IMG/VR virus record: IMGVR_UViG_3300015263_000653
Span: 1 to 64,000 of that record
Direction: 5' to 3' (one strand)
DNA length: 64,000 nucleotides
Source: a virus
The notes under the pieces are model-generated. The model saw only the letters and a program-made list of their open reading frames with translations. It was not told the origin of the DNA and did not search any database. The stretch's first letter is position 1. Each line of letters opens with the position of its first letter. Below, one piece after another: positions 36,338 through 46,456 of the stretch. Position numbers and translations under genes: made by a program.

Positions 36338-36519
36338 TCGACTTCCTCCACAGATTTCGTGATGAACTCTTCTCCCTGTTGAAATTGATCGTAGGCGATG
36401 TCGTGCCCTCGATCAATTGCCTCATTGCGATCCTCGGCATGAAAAGGGCCAACGGTCTCAATGACCATGCGATTTCTGAGGTTGCACCAAAATTCCACCT
36501 TCGCTGTCCATTTCTTCAC
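36334..36519 (-). CDS. hypothetical protein
   Basis: coupled operon. Confidence 0.65.
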   Translation of the reverse strand: MKKWTAKVEFWCNLRNRMVIETVGPFHAEDRNEAIDRGHDIAYDQFQQGEEFITKSVEEVE

Positions 36520-36802
36520 GTCGATTCCTTTCTTTTCGCTTCCTTGCTCGAATGAACAAGCCCAGAATAATTCCGAAGCTCACTGCCCCGGAGACGAAAT
36601 GATGGAGGGGAACTGGCTCGACGGGATGTTCGAGGTAGTTCCGCCATCCTTGAAACGCAATGATGCCGGGAATCTTGAAGACGCTGTAGACAAGCAGCAT
36701 TCCCATGAAGAGGCCGACAGCATCCATGAGTCCTTTGATCGGCATGAACCATCTGTGGAAGATGACGGCAAGGACACCGATGAAGATGAAGTCAAAATTC
36801 AT
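36458..36802 (-). CDS. membrane protein
   Basis: 3 hydrophobic segments. Confidence 0.7.
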   Translation of the reverse strand: MNFDFIFIGVLAVIFHRWFMPIKGLMDAVGLFMGMLLVYSVFKIPGIIAFQGWRNYLEHPVEPVPLHHFVSGAVSFGIILGLFIRARKRKERNRREEMDSEGGILVQPQKSHGH

Positions 36803-37239
36803 AACTCTTTCCTCTGCAAATCGACCACGCAAGCGTGGTGCCCACGCTGGGCTTCACCAAACGTGCGATAGCGATTGAAGGTGTATGTGGTTGGACCGAA
36901 GACCATTGTTTCAAACCAGTCCGGGCCGTCTCCCTCGTCGAAGTCGGCGGCGACCTTCGCCAGATGTTCTTGAGTGGCTCTTGGCAGGTGGGTCGTCTTA
37001 ATATGTCGGGGCGTCGTGTAGCCGTTTAGTGGGACGACGCTGAAGATGGTGGAGACTTCGTACTCACCGACTTGGGTTTTCTCAACTCGGAGGGCGTCTT
37101 CATGCTCCATCTGCCAGAAGATGGCTTCGATGAAGTGAACGGGAACGACTTGTTTGTTCTCGTCGAGGATCGCTGACATGAATGGTGGTTCGGGAACCAT
37201 CTTCTTCATGTGGTCGATGAGTTCTTGTCTTTCATCCAT
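36799..37239 (-). CDS. hypothetical phage protein
   Basis: VSTIF…FETMVFG…RY.T..EA..GH motif typical of phage proteins. Confidence 0.8.
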   Translation of the reverse strand: MDERQELIDHMKKMVPEPPFMSAILDENKQVVPVHFIEAIFWQMEHEDALRVEKTQVGEYEVSTIFSVVPLNGYTTPRHIKTTHLPRATQEHLAKVAADFDEGDGPDWFETMVFGPTTYTFNRYRTFGEAQRGHHACVVDLQRKEL

Positions 37240-37247
37240 CTCAATTC

Positions 37248-37535
37248 TCAGTCGTACAAACGGGCCACTGTGACACCAAACTTCTTATCGAGTGCGAGGA
37301 TTTCGGCTTCAAGCGAATCCAGAGCGGCTTTGGCGCAAGTGACGGTGATTGATTGTTCTGCCCATTCCTGTTCGATCAAAGGCGAGAGGGTGCGAGCCAG
37401 CCGGTAGCTGGAGTCTCTGACCTTTGCCCAGATTTCTCCGCTGTCGCTTCTGTTGAAAAAGGTTCCTCGATCTGTTCGTAGTCCGAGCAGATAGAGGGAT
37501 TGTTGTTGGACAGCGAGAATCAATGCTTGGTTCAT
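37248..37535 (-). CDS. hypothetical protein
   Basis: operon position. Confidence 0.65.
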   Translation of the reverse strand: MNQALILAVQQQSLYLLGLRTDRGTFFNRSDSGEIWAKVRDSSYRLARTLSPLIEQEWAEQSITVTCAKAALDSLEAEILALDKKFGVTVARLYD

Positions 37536-37900
37536 GGCGTAAAGTTGCCTTCGTCGATGAGAAAGCCATATCCATGTCCGTTGGCCGAGAGCATGTCTGC
37601 GACGACTTCTTCGACGGATCGTGATGGCTGAAACATGACGAAGCCTTGTGCTTCCTTGACGGCAACTCCGAGGACGAGATCACTGAGCTTCCAGCGATCT
37701 TCCTCTTCTCCTTGTTCGGTTCCCACGATGGCTTCATCACCTTCGGCTCTGATGAAGAATTTCGAGGTTGAGTTGCCGGTCTCGTTGATGTGTTTGTGGT
37801 TCCAGATTCCTTTGGCTTTTCCCGGAAAGCTGTCGAGGGCGATCCGTCGTTGGGTATAGCCGTGGGCGATCTCCAAGATTTTCTGACTGTTGGCATCCAT
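37532..37900 (-). CDS. hypothetical protein
   Basis: coupled operon. Confidence 0.7.
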   Translation of the reverse strand: MDANSQKILEIAHGYTQRRIALDSFPGKAKGIWNHKHINETGNSTSKFFIRAEGDEAIVGTEQGEEEDRWKLSDLVLGVAVKEAQGFVMFQPSRSVEEVVADMLSANGHGYGFLIDEGNFTP

Positions 37901-38172
37901 TAGATCGAGTTCACAATACGAAGGTGAGCGACAAGGTTGTTCCATCGTGGAACATCAATGTAGGCCACACCATCCTCGATGTAGCCATTGCTGAGGCCCA
38001 TACGTTCGCAGACCTTGTATTCTCCTGACGAGAGCAGATCGAGCAGGGCTTGTCCGTCTTCCTCGACGAGCATCTTCTGCTGAAAGGCGTCCCGAGTGAG
38101 ATGAAGGTCTGTGCTCTCGGGGGTTTCCGAGGTTTCTTCACACAGACCACGAAGTTTGTCCAAAAAGCTCAT
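37900..38172 (-). CDS. hypothetical protein
   Basis: coupled operon. Confidence 0.7.
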   Translation of the reverse strand: MSFLDKLRGLCEETSETPESTDLHLTRDAFQQKMLVEEDGQALLDLLSSGEYKVCERMGLSNGYIEDGVAYIDVPRWNNLVAHLRIVNSI

Positions 38173-38384
38173 TACTGCATCCTTATCGTGACGTTGTGCT
38201 TGCGACAATAGCGTTGGAGAGCTTCTGCCCGAAGTTGATGAAGTCGTCCTTTGCCCTCGTGAAACTGTTCGAAAATTGCCGCCAGTTGCACGGCATCGAC
38301 TTCATTCTGGGCTTCGAAGACGAGCTTGCCGACTTTCTCAGAAGTGCATCCCTTGCGGCCAAAGGCTTTTGCTTCGACTTTCAT
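38172..38384 (-). CDS. hypothetical protein
   Basis: coupled operon. Confidence 0.7.
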   Translation of the reverse strand: MKVEAKAFGRKGCTSEKVGKLVFEAQNEVDAVQLAAIFEQFHEGKGRLHQLRAEALQRYCRKHNVTIRMQ

Positions 38385-38902
38385 GTGATGTTCGCTCCCC
38401 GCCAGATGAGATGACTGTTGGCATATTCACCCTCGATCATGAATGTTCGGTTGTCTTTGGTGTTGAGACCAGCTTGTCTGTAGAAGTGGCTGAGAGCGAG
38501 ATAGTAATCACTCTGGCTCAACTCGAAGACGTGTTCCCAAGCGTTATCGAGGTAGATGACGGTGAGTGAGCAGTCGTGCCCATTCGCCATCAGAGTACAA
38601 TTGTTGGGATACAGGTCGAGTGCGGTGATGCTGTTGTCTTGAATGCGATAGCAGGTCTCGGGGCACCTCTTGATGGCTTCTGGATCGAGACCGATCCCAC
38701 CTTCATCTTCGAGGGCGAGCCGCAGACAAGGATAGCCGTCCAGCCATTTGTGGGGATTGTTTCCCCAGATGGCATCGACCAATTGCCACTTCTGCCGTCC
38801 CCGTTGAACTGTTTCGGCGGCGGGAGCTTGTGTGAGTTCCACGAAGGGCAGGAGCAGGGATGCCGCTGTGATTCCGAGTGCTTCTCTACGGGTGATTTCC
38901 AT
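38381..38902 (-). CDS. putative Tat-exported protein
   Basis: N-terminal ITRREALG + hydrophobic stretch + A-x-A. Confidence 0.65.
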   Translation of the reverse strand: MEITRREALGITAASLLLPFVELTQAPAAETVQRGRQKWQLVDAIWGNNPHKWLDGYPCLRLALEDEGGIGLDPEAIKRCPETCYRIQDNSITALDLYPNNCTLMANGHDCSLTVIYLDNAWEHVFELSQSDYYLALSHFYRQAGLNTKDNRTFMIEGEYANSHLIWRGANIT

Positions 38903-39122
38903 CGTCGTCTTTCTTGTCTGGTGGTCTTCTGACGGAGGACTGTGCGAGTCCTGCTTGGAGTTGACCGAGTGTGACTTGTTCCCCGGCCTTGAGTGACACG
39001 ATGTCGCCGTTACATTCTGGGCAGCCGCCTTTGGTGCTGAACCAGTAGTTGGGGATCGGCATCTGCCATTCGTGATTGTTCTGACACTTGGCGTGCAGAG
39101 TGGGGAACACAGGTTCGTTCAT
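38886..39122 (-). CDS. zinc-ribbon protein
   Basis: C..NHEW…GCPEC. Confidence 0.7.
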   Translation of the reverse strand: MNEPVFPTLHAKCQNNHEWQMPIPNYWFSTKGGCPECNGDIVSLKAGEQVTLGQLQAGLAQSSVRRPPDKKDDDGNHP

Positions 39123-39499
39123 TGTAGCTCCGCAATGACTTCTACGATTTCGTTCTCACAACTGATCTGACATTCTTCGAATGGCGGGAATCCCAACTGA
39201 TCGCAGATGAGGCGGATTGTTATTATGTTCGGCACTCGGCCCGGTCTCGAAAGTGACATACTCATGTGTCGAACCCATACAGCCCCTCTTCCACTCTTCG
39301 TCGGGTACTCCGAAATAGAATACACCAACTTCCAGCAGGGTTCCAGATCAATGCAGTATCCGGGGCGATCTCCGGGCGGTGGGGCAGTCCCTTCAATGAT
39401 CTTCAGGCAGTCCTCGAAAGGAATGCGGTTTTCCTCTGCTTCTGCGAAGGCTCTAAGGTTGCCTATCTTAACATCGTCTAACAAAATGGGCGTTCCCAT
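39119..39499 (-). CDS. hypothetical phage protein
   Basis: VRHMSMS…RVP…LGF motif. Confidence 0.75.
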   Translation of the reverse strand: MGTPILLDDVKIGNLRAFAEAEENRIPFEDCLKIIEGTAPPPGDRPGYCIDLEPCWKLVYSISEYPTKSGRGAVWVRHMSMSLSRPGRVPNIITIRLICDQLGFPPFEECQISCENEIVEVIAELQ

Positions 39500-39509
39500 T
39501 GTGAGCCTC

Positions 39510-39752
39510 TCAGTGGCCTTCTAAGGGCCTGATCAGGATATGTGGCTTCCCGTCTGTGTAGAGGCGGTAGCACTCCACACAGACGAATTCTGAGCTTACA
39601 GCGGCCTTCCGTGCCAACGAATCCGGTGCGGCCATGATTTCATGGTCACAATTGTAACAATTTCGCTTTTGGCTCCCGGCTTTTCCGTTCCAGTAGGGAT
39701 CACCTACCCGGCAGCATATGAGAGCGACGGCATCGGCAGGCCACGGCTTCAT
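39510..39752 (-). CDS. small Cys-motif protein
   Basis: CYNC…CVEC. Confidence 0.7.
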   Translation of the reverse strand: MKPWPADAVALICCRVGDPYWNGKAGSQKRNCYNCDHEIMAAPDSLARKAAVSSEFVCVECYRLYTDGKPHILIRPLEGH

Positions 39753-40336
39753 TCGTCGTATCTTTCGGTTCGATAGTCTTCGCCTTCCACGACTGGTCGT
39801 GGGGTCGGCCAGATTCTTCTCAGTGCAGTCATGAGATCACAGCCGCACCATGGAAGTTTGATTTCGGCAGGCTGGTTGTTCTTGTCTCTCAGCCAGACGA
39901 GGATTCGGTCGGACTGGTTGTCGCAGTAGTGGCATTTGGCTCGACGGGCCTTTGCTGCTTCTCGGACCTGATCCAGTTGTGCGAGGACGACGGACGATTG
40001 AGTGGCGATCTCTTTCTCCAGAGTCCCCAGAGCGATAGCGGCAGAGAGGAGGATATTGGAGTTGGTGGGTTCGTGTCGAATGGATTCGAAAAGGTTTCGA
40101 GCCCACTTCTTGACTATTGGGTTGTCCAAACCTTCGACGATCTGTTCGAGACTGTTGGAGTCTTCTACGATCTCCAATCCATCCCTGAGTGGAATGGATG
40201 CGTCATCATGTCCATCGATTTCGGTCCAGAGGCCGTTGTTCATCAGCCAAACATCCTTGCCGTTCCGCACGCCGTGGACGAATGGATGATCTTGATAGGG
40301 AAGCTTGCAAATTTGTATGTCAGTGACTTGGCTCAT
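39749..40336 (-). CDS. hypothetical protein
   Basis: coupled operon. Confidence 0.75.
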   Translation of the reverse strand: MSQVTDIQICKLPYQDHPFVHGVRNGKDVWLMNNGLWTEIDGHDDASIPLRDGLEIVEDSNSLEQIVEGLDNPIVKKWARNLFESIRHEPTNSNILLSAAIALGTLEKEIATQSSVVLAQLDQVREAAKARRAKCHYCDNQSDRILVWLRDKNNQPAEIKLPWCGCDLMTALRRIWPTPRPVVEGEDYRTERYDE

Positions 40337-41466
40337 CGGGTAACGCCTCTCAATTCATGCCAATGTAAAACGTGGAAGTCATAGCACGCCGCTTCCAGAG
40401 CGGACGAGTAGCGGCCATGACGGAACGAAACTGACTCCATGCCTCGTTGGACTGATTCGCAGATATCCACGTCTTGGCGTTGGATCAGATGGCTGCTTGC
40501 CATGTCTTGCCGCATTCTCTTCTGCGACTGCCAATCTTCCATGTTGTCGTAGGCGAAGAAGAAGTCGAAGATGACTCGGCACTTGTTGACGCCGAGCGGC
40601 TCCACGATGTTGATGTCCATCATGTTGCCGTACCTATTAACGAACAGGTTGGGATAGAGGTAGCAGTAGGCGACGGTATCGCCGAGCCGCTTATCTTTCC
40701 CGTGCGTCTTCGTCATCTGCACCGACGATCTGTCGAACAGCTTAACTTCGAACTCATTGAGGTCGAGTTCTGCTGCGAGTTGTTCATGGGCGTAGAGGCA
40801 GTGGTAGCATCCGTCGAGGCTGTTATCAACGAAGACCTTCCAGTTACAGTTCATCGTGTAGACTTCACGATGAAAGAACTTGAGGTTGTTCCAGCCGGTG
40901 GGTTCAAGGATGGCATCCAAGTCCTTCACATCTTCAGCGAGGGACCGAGGGTTGTTCTCCCCCTTGATTGTTTTGCCATCGAGATCGAGGAAGACGAGTG
41001 GTCCCCAAGTATCGACAGCGATGGGTTGTAGGCCGTAGCGTGCCGTGTTGAAGCTCACCTGTTTACCCAGCATGGGAGCTTTCTTCAGACGGCCATCGTG
41101 GTGATATTCCCAGCCATGAAAGGGGCATTGGAAGAAGGCACACGATTGCCTGCCTGCGTGTTCGGATTCGGCGACGACGGCTCCCTTGTGTCGGCAGACG
41201 TTGTGGTGGGCGTAGATTTCGTTGTCTTCTTCGTTCCTGACGACAACGTAGGGGTTGCCTACGATGTCGCCGGTGAAGTAGCGACCCGGCTTGTTGAGTT
41301 GATCGAGGCGACCGACTGGGAGCCAGAGTCGTTGGAAGATTCGGGCCATCTCCTGTTCGTAGAAACCCTGATCGGTGTACCAAGTGTACGGGGGCGTGCG
41401 GCTGTCTTCGAGTCCCCGTTTCGGATCGAACTGATCGAGGAGTTCATCGAACTGTTTGAAGGCCAT
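40333..41466 (-). CDS. Rieske non-heme iron oxygenase alpha subunit (choline monooxygenase-like)
   Basis: NVCRHKG…CPFHGW Rieske ligands; NWK.FVDN.LDGCYHC.YAH mononuclear Fe site; QD..ICESVQRG. Confidence 0.92.
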   Translation of the reverse strand: MAFKQFDELLDQFDPKRGLEDSRTPPYTWYTDQGFYEQEMARIFQRLWLPVGRLDQLNKPGRYFTGDIVGNPYVVVRNEEDNEIYAHHNVCRHKGAVVAESEHAGRQSCAFFQCPFHGWEYHHDGRLKKAPMLGKQVSFNTARYGLQPIAVDTWGPLVFLDLDGKTIKGENNPRSLAEDVKDLDAILEPTGWNNLKFFHREVYTMNCNWKVFVDNSLDGCYHCLYAHEQLAAELDLNEFEVKLFDRSSVQMTKTHGKDKRLGDTVAYCYLYPNLFVNRYGNMMDINIVEPLGVNKCRVIFDFFFAYDNMEDWQSQKRMRQDMASSHLIQRQDVDICESVQRGMESVSFRHGRYSSALEAACYDFHVLHWHELRGVTR

Positions 41467-41470
41467 GGCA

Positions 41471-41728
41471 TCATCCTTGATTTGGGTGAACGGTAATCAG
41501 TTCTTCGACAAATTGATAACGGCACAAGCGGATCGTCTTGCCATAGGCGTTGGCTTGAGCCTGCATCTGGGCACGGAGTGGTTCCATCTTGTGCAGATCT
41601 TTGGCGGCGAGTGGAATGCAACCGGCTGGAACGAGTCCAGCCTTGATGCCGACTTCCCCGGAGCCAAGTTCATCTTCGCCGATCCAAGCGAAGATTTCCA
41701 TGTCTTGGAAGTGTTCTGCATCAGCCAT
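41471..41728 (-). CDS. hypothetical protein
   Basis: operon position. Confidence 0.7.
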   Translation of the reverse strand: MADAEHFQDMEIFAWIGEDELGSGEVGIKAGLVPAGCIPLAAKDLHKMEPLRAQMQAQANAYGKTIRLCRYQFVEELITVHPNQG

Positions 41729-42029
41729 GAAACCAACTCCAGTAGAGAAGTGTTCCGAGGATGCCCGTCAGGATTACAATTTTTGCGATGAGTAGTTTGC
41801 GGCGACGGCGTTCAAACTCATCGACCTGACTGAAGGGGACGTGGTATTCGTGGCCGAGCGAATCTTTGTAGATGACGCACGGCTCACAGCGATGCGTCAT
41901 GATCGGGACGTTCTTTGCCCCGCAGTTGGTGCAATCGCCATTGAGCATGTTTTCTCCGTCAGATTTCATGTTTACAAAAAAGGCAAAAGGTTCTGTGGGT
42001 TGATCATCCGGTTCGACGGCTGCGATCAT
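41721..42029 (-). CDS. hypothetical protein with C-terminal TM
   Basis: CTNC…C; hydrophobic tail. Confidence 0.65.
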   Translation of the reverse strand: MIAAVEPDDQPTEPFAFFVNMKSDGENMLNGDCTNCGAKNVPIMTHRCEPCVIYKDSLGHEYHVPFSQVDEFERRRRKLLIAKIVILTGILGTLLYWSWFHG

Positions 42030-42408
42030 TGTGGTCTTCCGTGTCTTTACTGTCCAATCTTTCTAAAGCGGACTGCCAGAACGTCTGGAAGTCGAGAGGG
42101 GATTCGTCTTCGGGCAAAGGCCCAATGAGTTCGAGGGCTGTGGTGGCGTCCATCACCAGTTCTTCTGAGTCGCCACTGAGAGCTTCGTTGTATCCATGGA
42201 CGAGTTTCTGGGCGACCTGTTGCAGCACTGCTCGATCTCGGTTGATTCTGTCGTTCAGAACTTCGCCGACGATCTCGATCAGCGTCTTGTGTTCATAATC
42301 CTCAACACCTCGCCCGGCGAGTTGGTGGTTGCGAAACCTTTCGGCTTCGTTCTCGTGACGGCAAACGATTTCACGAGCGAGTGCGGCGATGGTGTTGGCA
42401 GCATCCAT
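42004..42408 (-). CDS. hypothetical protein
   Basis: GAGG SD. Confidence 0.7.
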   Translation of the reverse strand: MDAANTIAALAREIVCRHENEAERFRNHQLAGRGVEDYEHKTLIEIVGEVLNDRINRDRAVLQQVAQKLVHGYNEALSGDSEELVMDATTALELIGPLPEDESPLDFQTFWQSALERLDSKDTEDHNDRSRRTG

Positions 42409-42463
42409 TTAGTAACCTCTTTCCTTCATAATGTTGATTCGGTAGTTGGGCGGAAATCGGGTC

Positions 42464-42868
42464 TCAGCATTCGTGTTCGTTGACGAGGACTCCAGCGGCT
42501 CTACATTTCAAACAGTTGCCTGTGAGTCGTTGTTCTTCGTCAAGTCCCAGATTGTTAAAGCGTGTGGCCTTGTAGTCTTCTCCTTCCAGATCATCGAGTC
42601 GTTTATTGATAGCCGTGTGCAAGAGGTTGGAAGTCTCTCGCAGGTAGGCGACGATCTTTCGGAATTGTTCTTCGGTTTCAAATGGGACACGAACGAACTT
42701 GACCTTGGAATCAGACAGCCGCCATTCGCAGATCATGTCCATCTCGACGACTTTGAGATGGTTGCTATTATCGTCTTCCTCGAAGGCCGAGTAGACGGGG
42801 AAGTATCCATCCGGGTTTTGGATGAAGTGCTTCTCGAAGTCGTCGAATTCAATTGTGTCACGTCTCAT
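42464..42868 (-). CDS. hypothetical protein
   Basis: coupled operon. Confidence 0.7.
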   Translation of the reverse strand: MRRDTIEFDDFEKHFIQNPDGYFPVYSAFEEDDNSNHLKVVEMDMICEWRLSDSKVKFVRVPFETEEQFRKIVAYLRETSNLLHTAINKRLDDLEGEDYKATRFNNLGLDEEQRLTGNCLKCRAAGVLVNEHEC

Positions 42869-43107
42869 TTGAAAATCACCGTCAGAAATTGTCCCACTAC
42901 GCAACCTATGATGACCATGATGGAAAAGAATACAAGTGTGAGGACAAAGCCTGTGCGGCTCAATCCTTTCTTATGAAATTCCACAACTTGATCCATCTGC
43001 TCACGATCCAGATGTTGCGTGACGATGAAGAAGTTGTATTGTTGCTCGTTGATCTGTCCCGTCGCATATCTGAATGCGAGTTCGATATCAACTTTTGGAT
43101 TGCTCAT
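42865..43107 (-). CDS. small membrane protein
   Basis: C-terminal TM; GGAGG SD. Confidence 0.7.
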   Translation of the reverse strand: MSNPKVDIELAFRYATGQINEQQYNFFIVTQHLDREQMDQVVEFHKKGLSRTGFVLTLVFFSIMVIIGCVVGQFLTVIFK

Positions 43108-43282
43108 CCGTTTCGCCTCCTTGCGGTTCTTCTCTGGAGTTGCATTCTCCTTTGTCGAGGTTCACATTCTTCTCAAGACCTTTGCGGCATCCGGCGAACT
43201 TGTCACGGCCATCGAGGCGAAATTTGCCATCGATATAGGCGGCGTGGGCACAACCGTCGCAAATGGTTTCGAGTTCGGTCAT
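43088..43282 (-). CDS. small Cys protein
   Basis: GGAGG SD; CDGC…C…C. Confidence 0.6.
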   Translation of the reverse strand: MTELETICDGCAHAAYIDGKFRLDGRDKFAGCRKGLEKNVNLDKGECNSREEPQGGETDEQSKS

Positions 43283-44250
43283 TGGTCCTCCATTGCTTTC
43301 ATCGAATCACGCATACGGCGAATCTCCCGAACGGCCTGATCGTCTTGGGCTTCAGTGGCGGCTCGTTCGAGAGCGTCAAGTTGTTCCATCATTTCTTCGG
43401 GGCTGGCGATGATCATCGGACTGCGAGCGGCCATTGCTTTCTCATAAGTGTCGGCCATGTCGGTCATGAATTCCTCGAAGGAATTACCGATGGTCAGAAC
43501 TTCCATGACGATGAAGTCTTGGTTGAGAAGTTGCCGACGAGTAGCGATCTCCATTTGCTTTGCGAACTTGGCGGGATCGGTGATCCCAAAGATTTTGAAA
43601 GCGGCTTGGGCTTGAGGGTCTTCGAAGATGCTGGGTTGCGCCATGATGGCTTTGAGTGAGCAGGGGACGATACCAGAGATCACGGCTTCCGGCACGTTGT
43701 TGTTAGCCCGAGCTTCTTCGAGTTCCTCTTCTTCCATGATGGGGCAATCGAGCATTTCTTGATTGTGCTCTGGCATCCAGTTGAACTCGACGCCGCCGTC
43801 TTTGCCGTGATAGTCGTATGGGTAGCTGCCCATGAAGAAGCGGCCATCTTCTGAGAGGTAATGGACGCAGAGGCAGTCGGCGATTTCGCCGAGAGAGCAG
43901 GCCCCTTCTTCGTCACATGCTCTCTGCATGGAGCCGGGTTTGCCAGCGTACTTCTCATAGAGACGCTGGACTTCTTCGGGGCTCTTGCCGTTGGTGAGGA
44001 TGGTATGTCCGTCTGTGACAAGAATGACGGAGTTGATACCCAAGCCACGCCGAAGAATGTTGCAGGCGTTCAGCCCTTCGTACTTATCGAGTTGCGGGGC
44101 GACTACTAAGAGAGTCGGCTTCCCGTCTTTGATGCCAACGACAGTGGGGTTCATATCGCCCCGCTGTGTTGAATGCACCCAAGCCATCTTATGATGTTTG
44201 GCGAGCCTCACGAACTCCTGAAAGTTGAAGAGCGTGGCGTCGGTGGTCAT
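43279..44250 (-). CDS. hypothetical protein
   Basis: 323-aa ORF with SD. Confidence 0.85.
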   Translation of the reverse strand: MTTDATLFNFQEFVRLAKHHKMAWVHSTQRGDMNPTVVGIKDGKPTLLVVAPQLDKYEGLNACNILRRGLGINSVILVTDGHTILTNGKSPEEVQRLYEKYAGKPGSMQRACDEEGACSLGEIADCLCVHYLSEDGRFFMGSYPYDYHGKDGGVEFNWMPEHNQEMLDCPIMEEEELEEARANNNVPEAVISGIVPCSLKAIMAQPSIFEDPQAQAAFKIFGITDPAKFAKQMEIATRRQLLNQDFIVMEVLTIGNSFEEFMTDMADTYEKAMAARSPMIIASPEEMMEQLDALERAATEAQDDQAVREIRRMRDSMKAMEDQ

Positions 44251-44265
44251 CCTTCATCCTCCATG

Positions 44266-44523
44266 TCATCCGTCTTTGTTCACGTCAAAAGCGGTTGAAG
44301 TAATATGGGCGGGCCAATCAACTCGCTCCAAGACGCCACGAGTTTGCAGGGAGTCTTGAGTCAGTTCGTGCATAGCACGTTGATAGCCGTTGTAGATGGG
44401 GGTGAGCAACTGTGTGTTCGCCATGAGATGAGATTGCGGAGCTTTCCAGCCATGTATGGACACGAGGGCTTCGCAGACTCGATCAAAGAAATTGCCGAAC
44501 TCCATGTTGGTCTCCCATTCCAT
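44266..44523 (-). CDS. hypothetical protein
   Basis: GGAGATCGC SD. Confidence 0.75.
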   Translation of the reverse strand: MEWETNMEFGNFFDRVCEALVSIHGWKAPQSHLMANTQLLTPIYNGYQRAMHELTQDSLQTRGVLERVDWPAHITSTAFDVNKDG

Positions 44524-44600
44524 TGTTGTGCGATCTCCGAAATTCCACAGCCGCCCCCGCCCTCAGACCGAAGACGAGGGCGACTGGGATGGTGGGCAGC

Positions 44601-44927
44601 TTACACCATGTCCTTGAGACCCTTGAGGGGTCGGACCTTGACGACGTTGCGTGCCGGTTTGGCGGGTCGGTCTTGCAGTTCGCCGGTGAAGGGGTTCTTG
44701 ACGTTTTTCTGCGCCTTGACGGCGGGCTTGCGGACCCTGACGATTTTCACGAGGCCGGGAATGGTGAGTGCCCCGGCTCCTTTCCGTCCGCCGACTTCGG
44801 ACTGAACGACGTTGACGAGGGCGTCGAAGACTTCGCCGACCTGTCGTTTGTTGAGTCCGGTTTGGTCAGCAATCTGCGTGAGTAGCTGCGTCTTCGTCAA
44901 GGGGCGATTCTCGGTTGCAGTCGCCAT
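44601..44927 (-). CDS. hup: HU family DNA-binding protein
   Basis: LTKTQL…IA..TGL…IPGLVKI…KPA…NPFTGE…AKPA…VKVRPLK.LKDMV. Confidence 0.93.
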   Translation of the reverse strand: MATATENRPLTKTQLLTQIADQTGLNKRQVGEVFDALVNVVQSEVGGRKGAGALTIPGLVKIVRVRKPAVKAQKNVKNPFTGELQDRPAKPARNVVKVRPLKGLKDMV

Positions 44928-45050
44928 GGTCTGGGGTTCCTCCAAAGTGCCAAGTGTGAATACGATTGAGCAATACAATCGAGCCAAAAGCATTGTAAGG
45001 CACGGAATGAGGGCAGTAAAGCATAGATACTGAAAAACAGGAGGTTGTCA

Positions 45051-45503
45051 ATGTTTCGCAAACTGCTCACCATTTTGCTGTTTTCTACAATGCTTGTGTC
45101 CACCGGATGCGAGATGTTCAATCCGATTGGCCCCATCATCCAACTGGGGGTCATGTGGTACGAGGGCGAGGCTTCCAAGTATTACAACACCGATCAGGAA
45201 ACAATCCACATTGCGGTGAAGAAGGTTCTCAATGATCTTGAGTTCCCCATCACGAAAGAGACGAACGAGGGCGACTACATCTACATCATTGCTGATGCAG
45301 ATGATCGCTTCAAAATCAAGGTTCGAGAGGTTCGCCACAATGTGACGAAGTTGTCGATTCGCATCAACACATGGGGCGACCGGCCATATGCCGAAATGAT
45401 TTTCCGCCATGTGGATCGAGAACCAAAGGTTATTGACTTTGTGACAGTCGAAGAGTTGAACACCGCTCTCCAAGAAAGAAAGCGGGTTCGCCACAACAAG
45501 TGA
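45051..45503 (+). CDS. lipoprotein, DUF3568-like
   Basis: signal peptide with lipobox STGC; TKLSIRINTWGD. Confidence 0.65.
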   Translation: MFRKLLTILLFSTMLVSTGCEMFNPIGPIIQLGVMWYEGEASKYYNTDQETIHIAVKKVLNDLEFPITKETNEGDYIYIIADADDRFKIKVREVRHNVTKLSIRINTWGDRPYAEMIFRHVDREPKVIDFVTVEELNTALQERKRVRHNK

Positions 45504-45638
45504 TTCAGTCCAAAAGTTGGAACAGTGTCACGCACCCAGCGAGGAAGTTCAGGGCTCCAAGGCCGAGCAAAAGGCTTTGGAGCCATTTTTGTTGGATCTT
45601 CTTCTGATAGAAGTAGATCCAATAAGCCCAGCCGAAGT

Positions 45639-45860
45639 TCACGATGATGACAATGATGGGGAGCATCCTACTGCCCTTCTAATATGTTTCAAAATCTCCT
45701 CAGTTTCGGAGATGGTTAATGGTTTGCCGAAGAACACCATCAGTTCGCCCTTGACATGGGCGTAGTGACATTTGATTTCTCCGTTTGCGTCACAAACTTG
45801 GAAAGTCCGCTGATCGGAACCCAGACCACACAGGCTGGTGCTAGGGGTGATGCGTAGCAC
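45639..45860 (-). CDS. hypothetical protein
   Basis: GAAGGAG SD and GTG start overlapping the upstream stop region. Confidence 0.55.
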   Translation of the reverse strand: MLRITPSTSLCGLGSDQRTFQVCDANGEIKCHYAHVKGELMVFFGKPLTISETEEILKHIRRAVGCSPSLSSS

Positions 45861-45865
45861 GAGAG

Positions 45866-46456
45866 CTACTCCTTCATATCGGTGGCAATCCGCTGAGCAA
45901 GATCGACATCTTTCGTAGATGTCATAAGATCTTTCACATTGTCTGCACAGAAGCCATGTGCTCCCCTTTGTATGAACTCGTAGATCACTCCAGTCAACAT
46001 GCTTGGCTTGGTGAAGCACTGCACGAGGTCTGGGCATGTGAGAGGCTTCTCAGAAGTGAACTCGGCGTAGCCCAATTCTCTCCATTCTCTCATGGTGTCT
46101 TCTACGGATTCGACTTGGTAGGCGAGGTGGTGAATTCCGCCAACTCCCTGCCGTGCTGCGACCCACTTTCCAACGATGCTGTCGGAATCACCGTCTGAGA
46201 CAAAGATCTCAGGGGCCATATGAAACTCGGCGACAGGAAATGTGCCACCGGGATTGTCATGCCACAGGAAGTGTTTCCACGGTGCCATATCATGTGTGGG
46301 CTTCTCTGGTGGTTCCAGAGCGAAGCATTTGACGTGGCTTCCGTCATCGAAGTTGAGTTCGAATTCTGTTTGAACTCGATACCCAAAAGCGGCCTTAAAG
46401 AAATCGACTGTTTTGTGTCGGTCGGCGACTCGGTATGCGATATGATCTAATCTCAT
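45866..46456 (-). CDS. VOC/glyoxalase family protein (HPPD/methylmalonyl-CoA epimerase-like)
   Basis: LDHIAYRV…FF..AFG; GGIHHLAYQV; YEFIQR. Confidence 0.85.
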   Translation of the reverse strand: MRLDHIAYRVADRHKTVDFFKAAFGYRVQTEFELNFDDGSHVKCFALEPPEKPTHDMAPWKHFLWHDNPGGTFPVAEFHMAPEIFVSDGDSDSIVGKWVAARQGVGGIHHLAYQVESVEDTMREWRELGYAEFTSEKPLTCPDLVQCFTKPSMLTGVIYEFIQRGAHGFCADNVKDLMTSTKDVDLAQRIATDMKE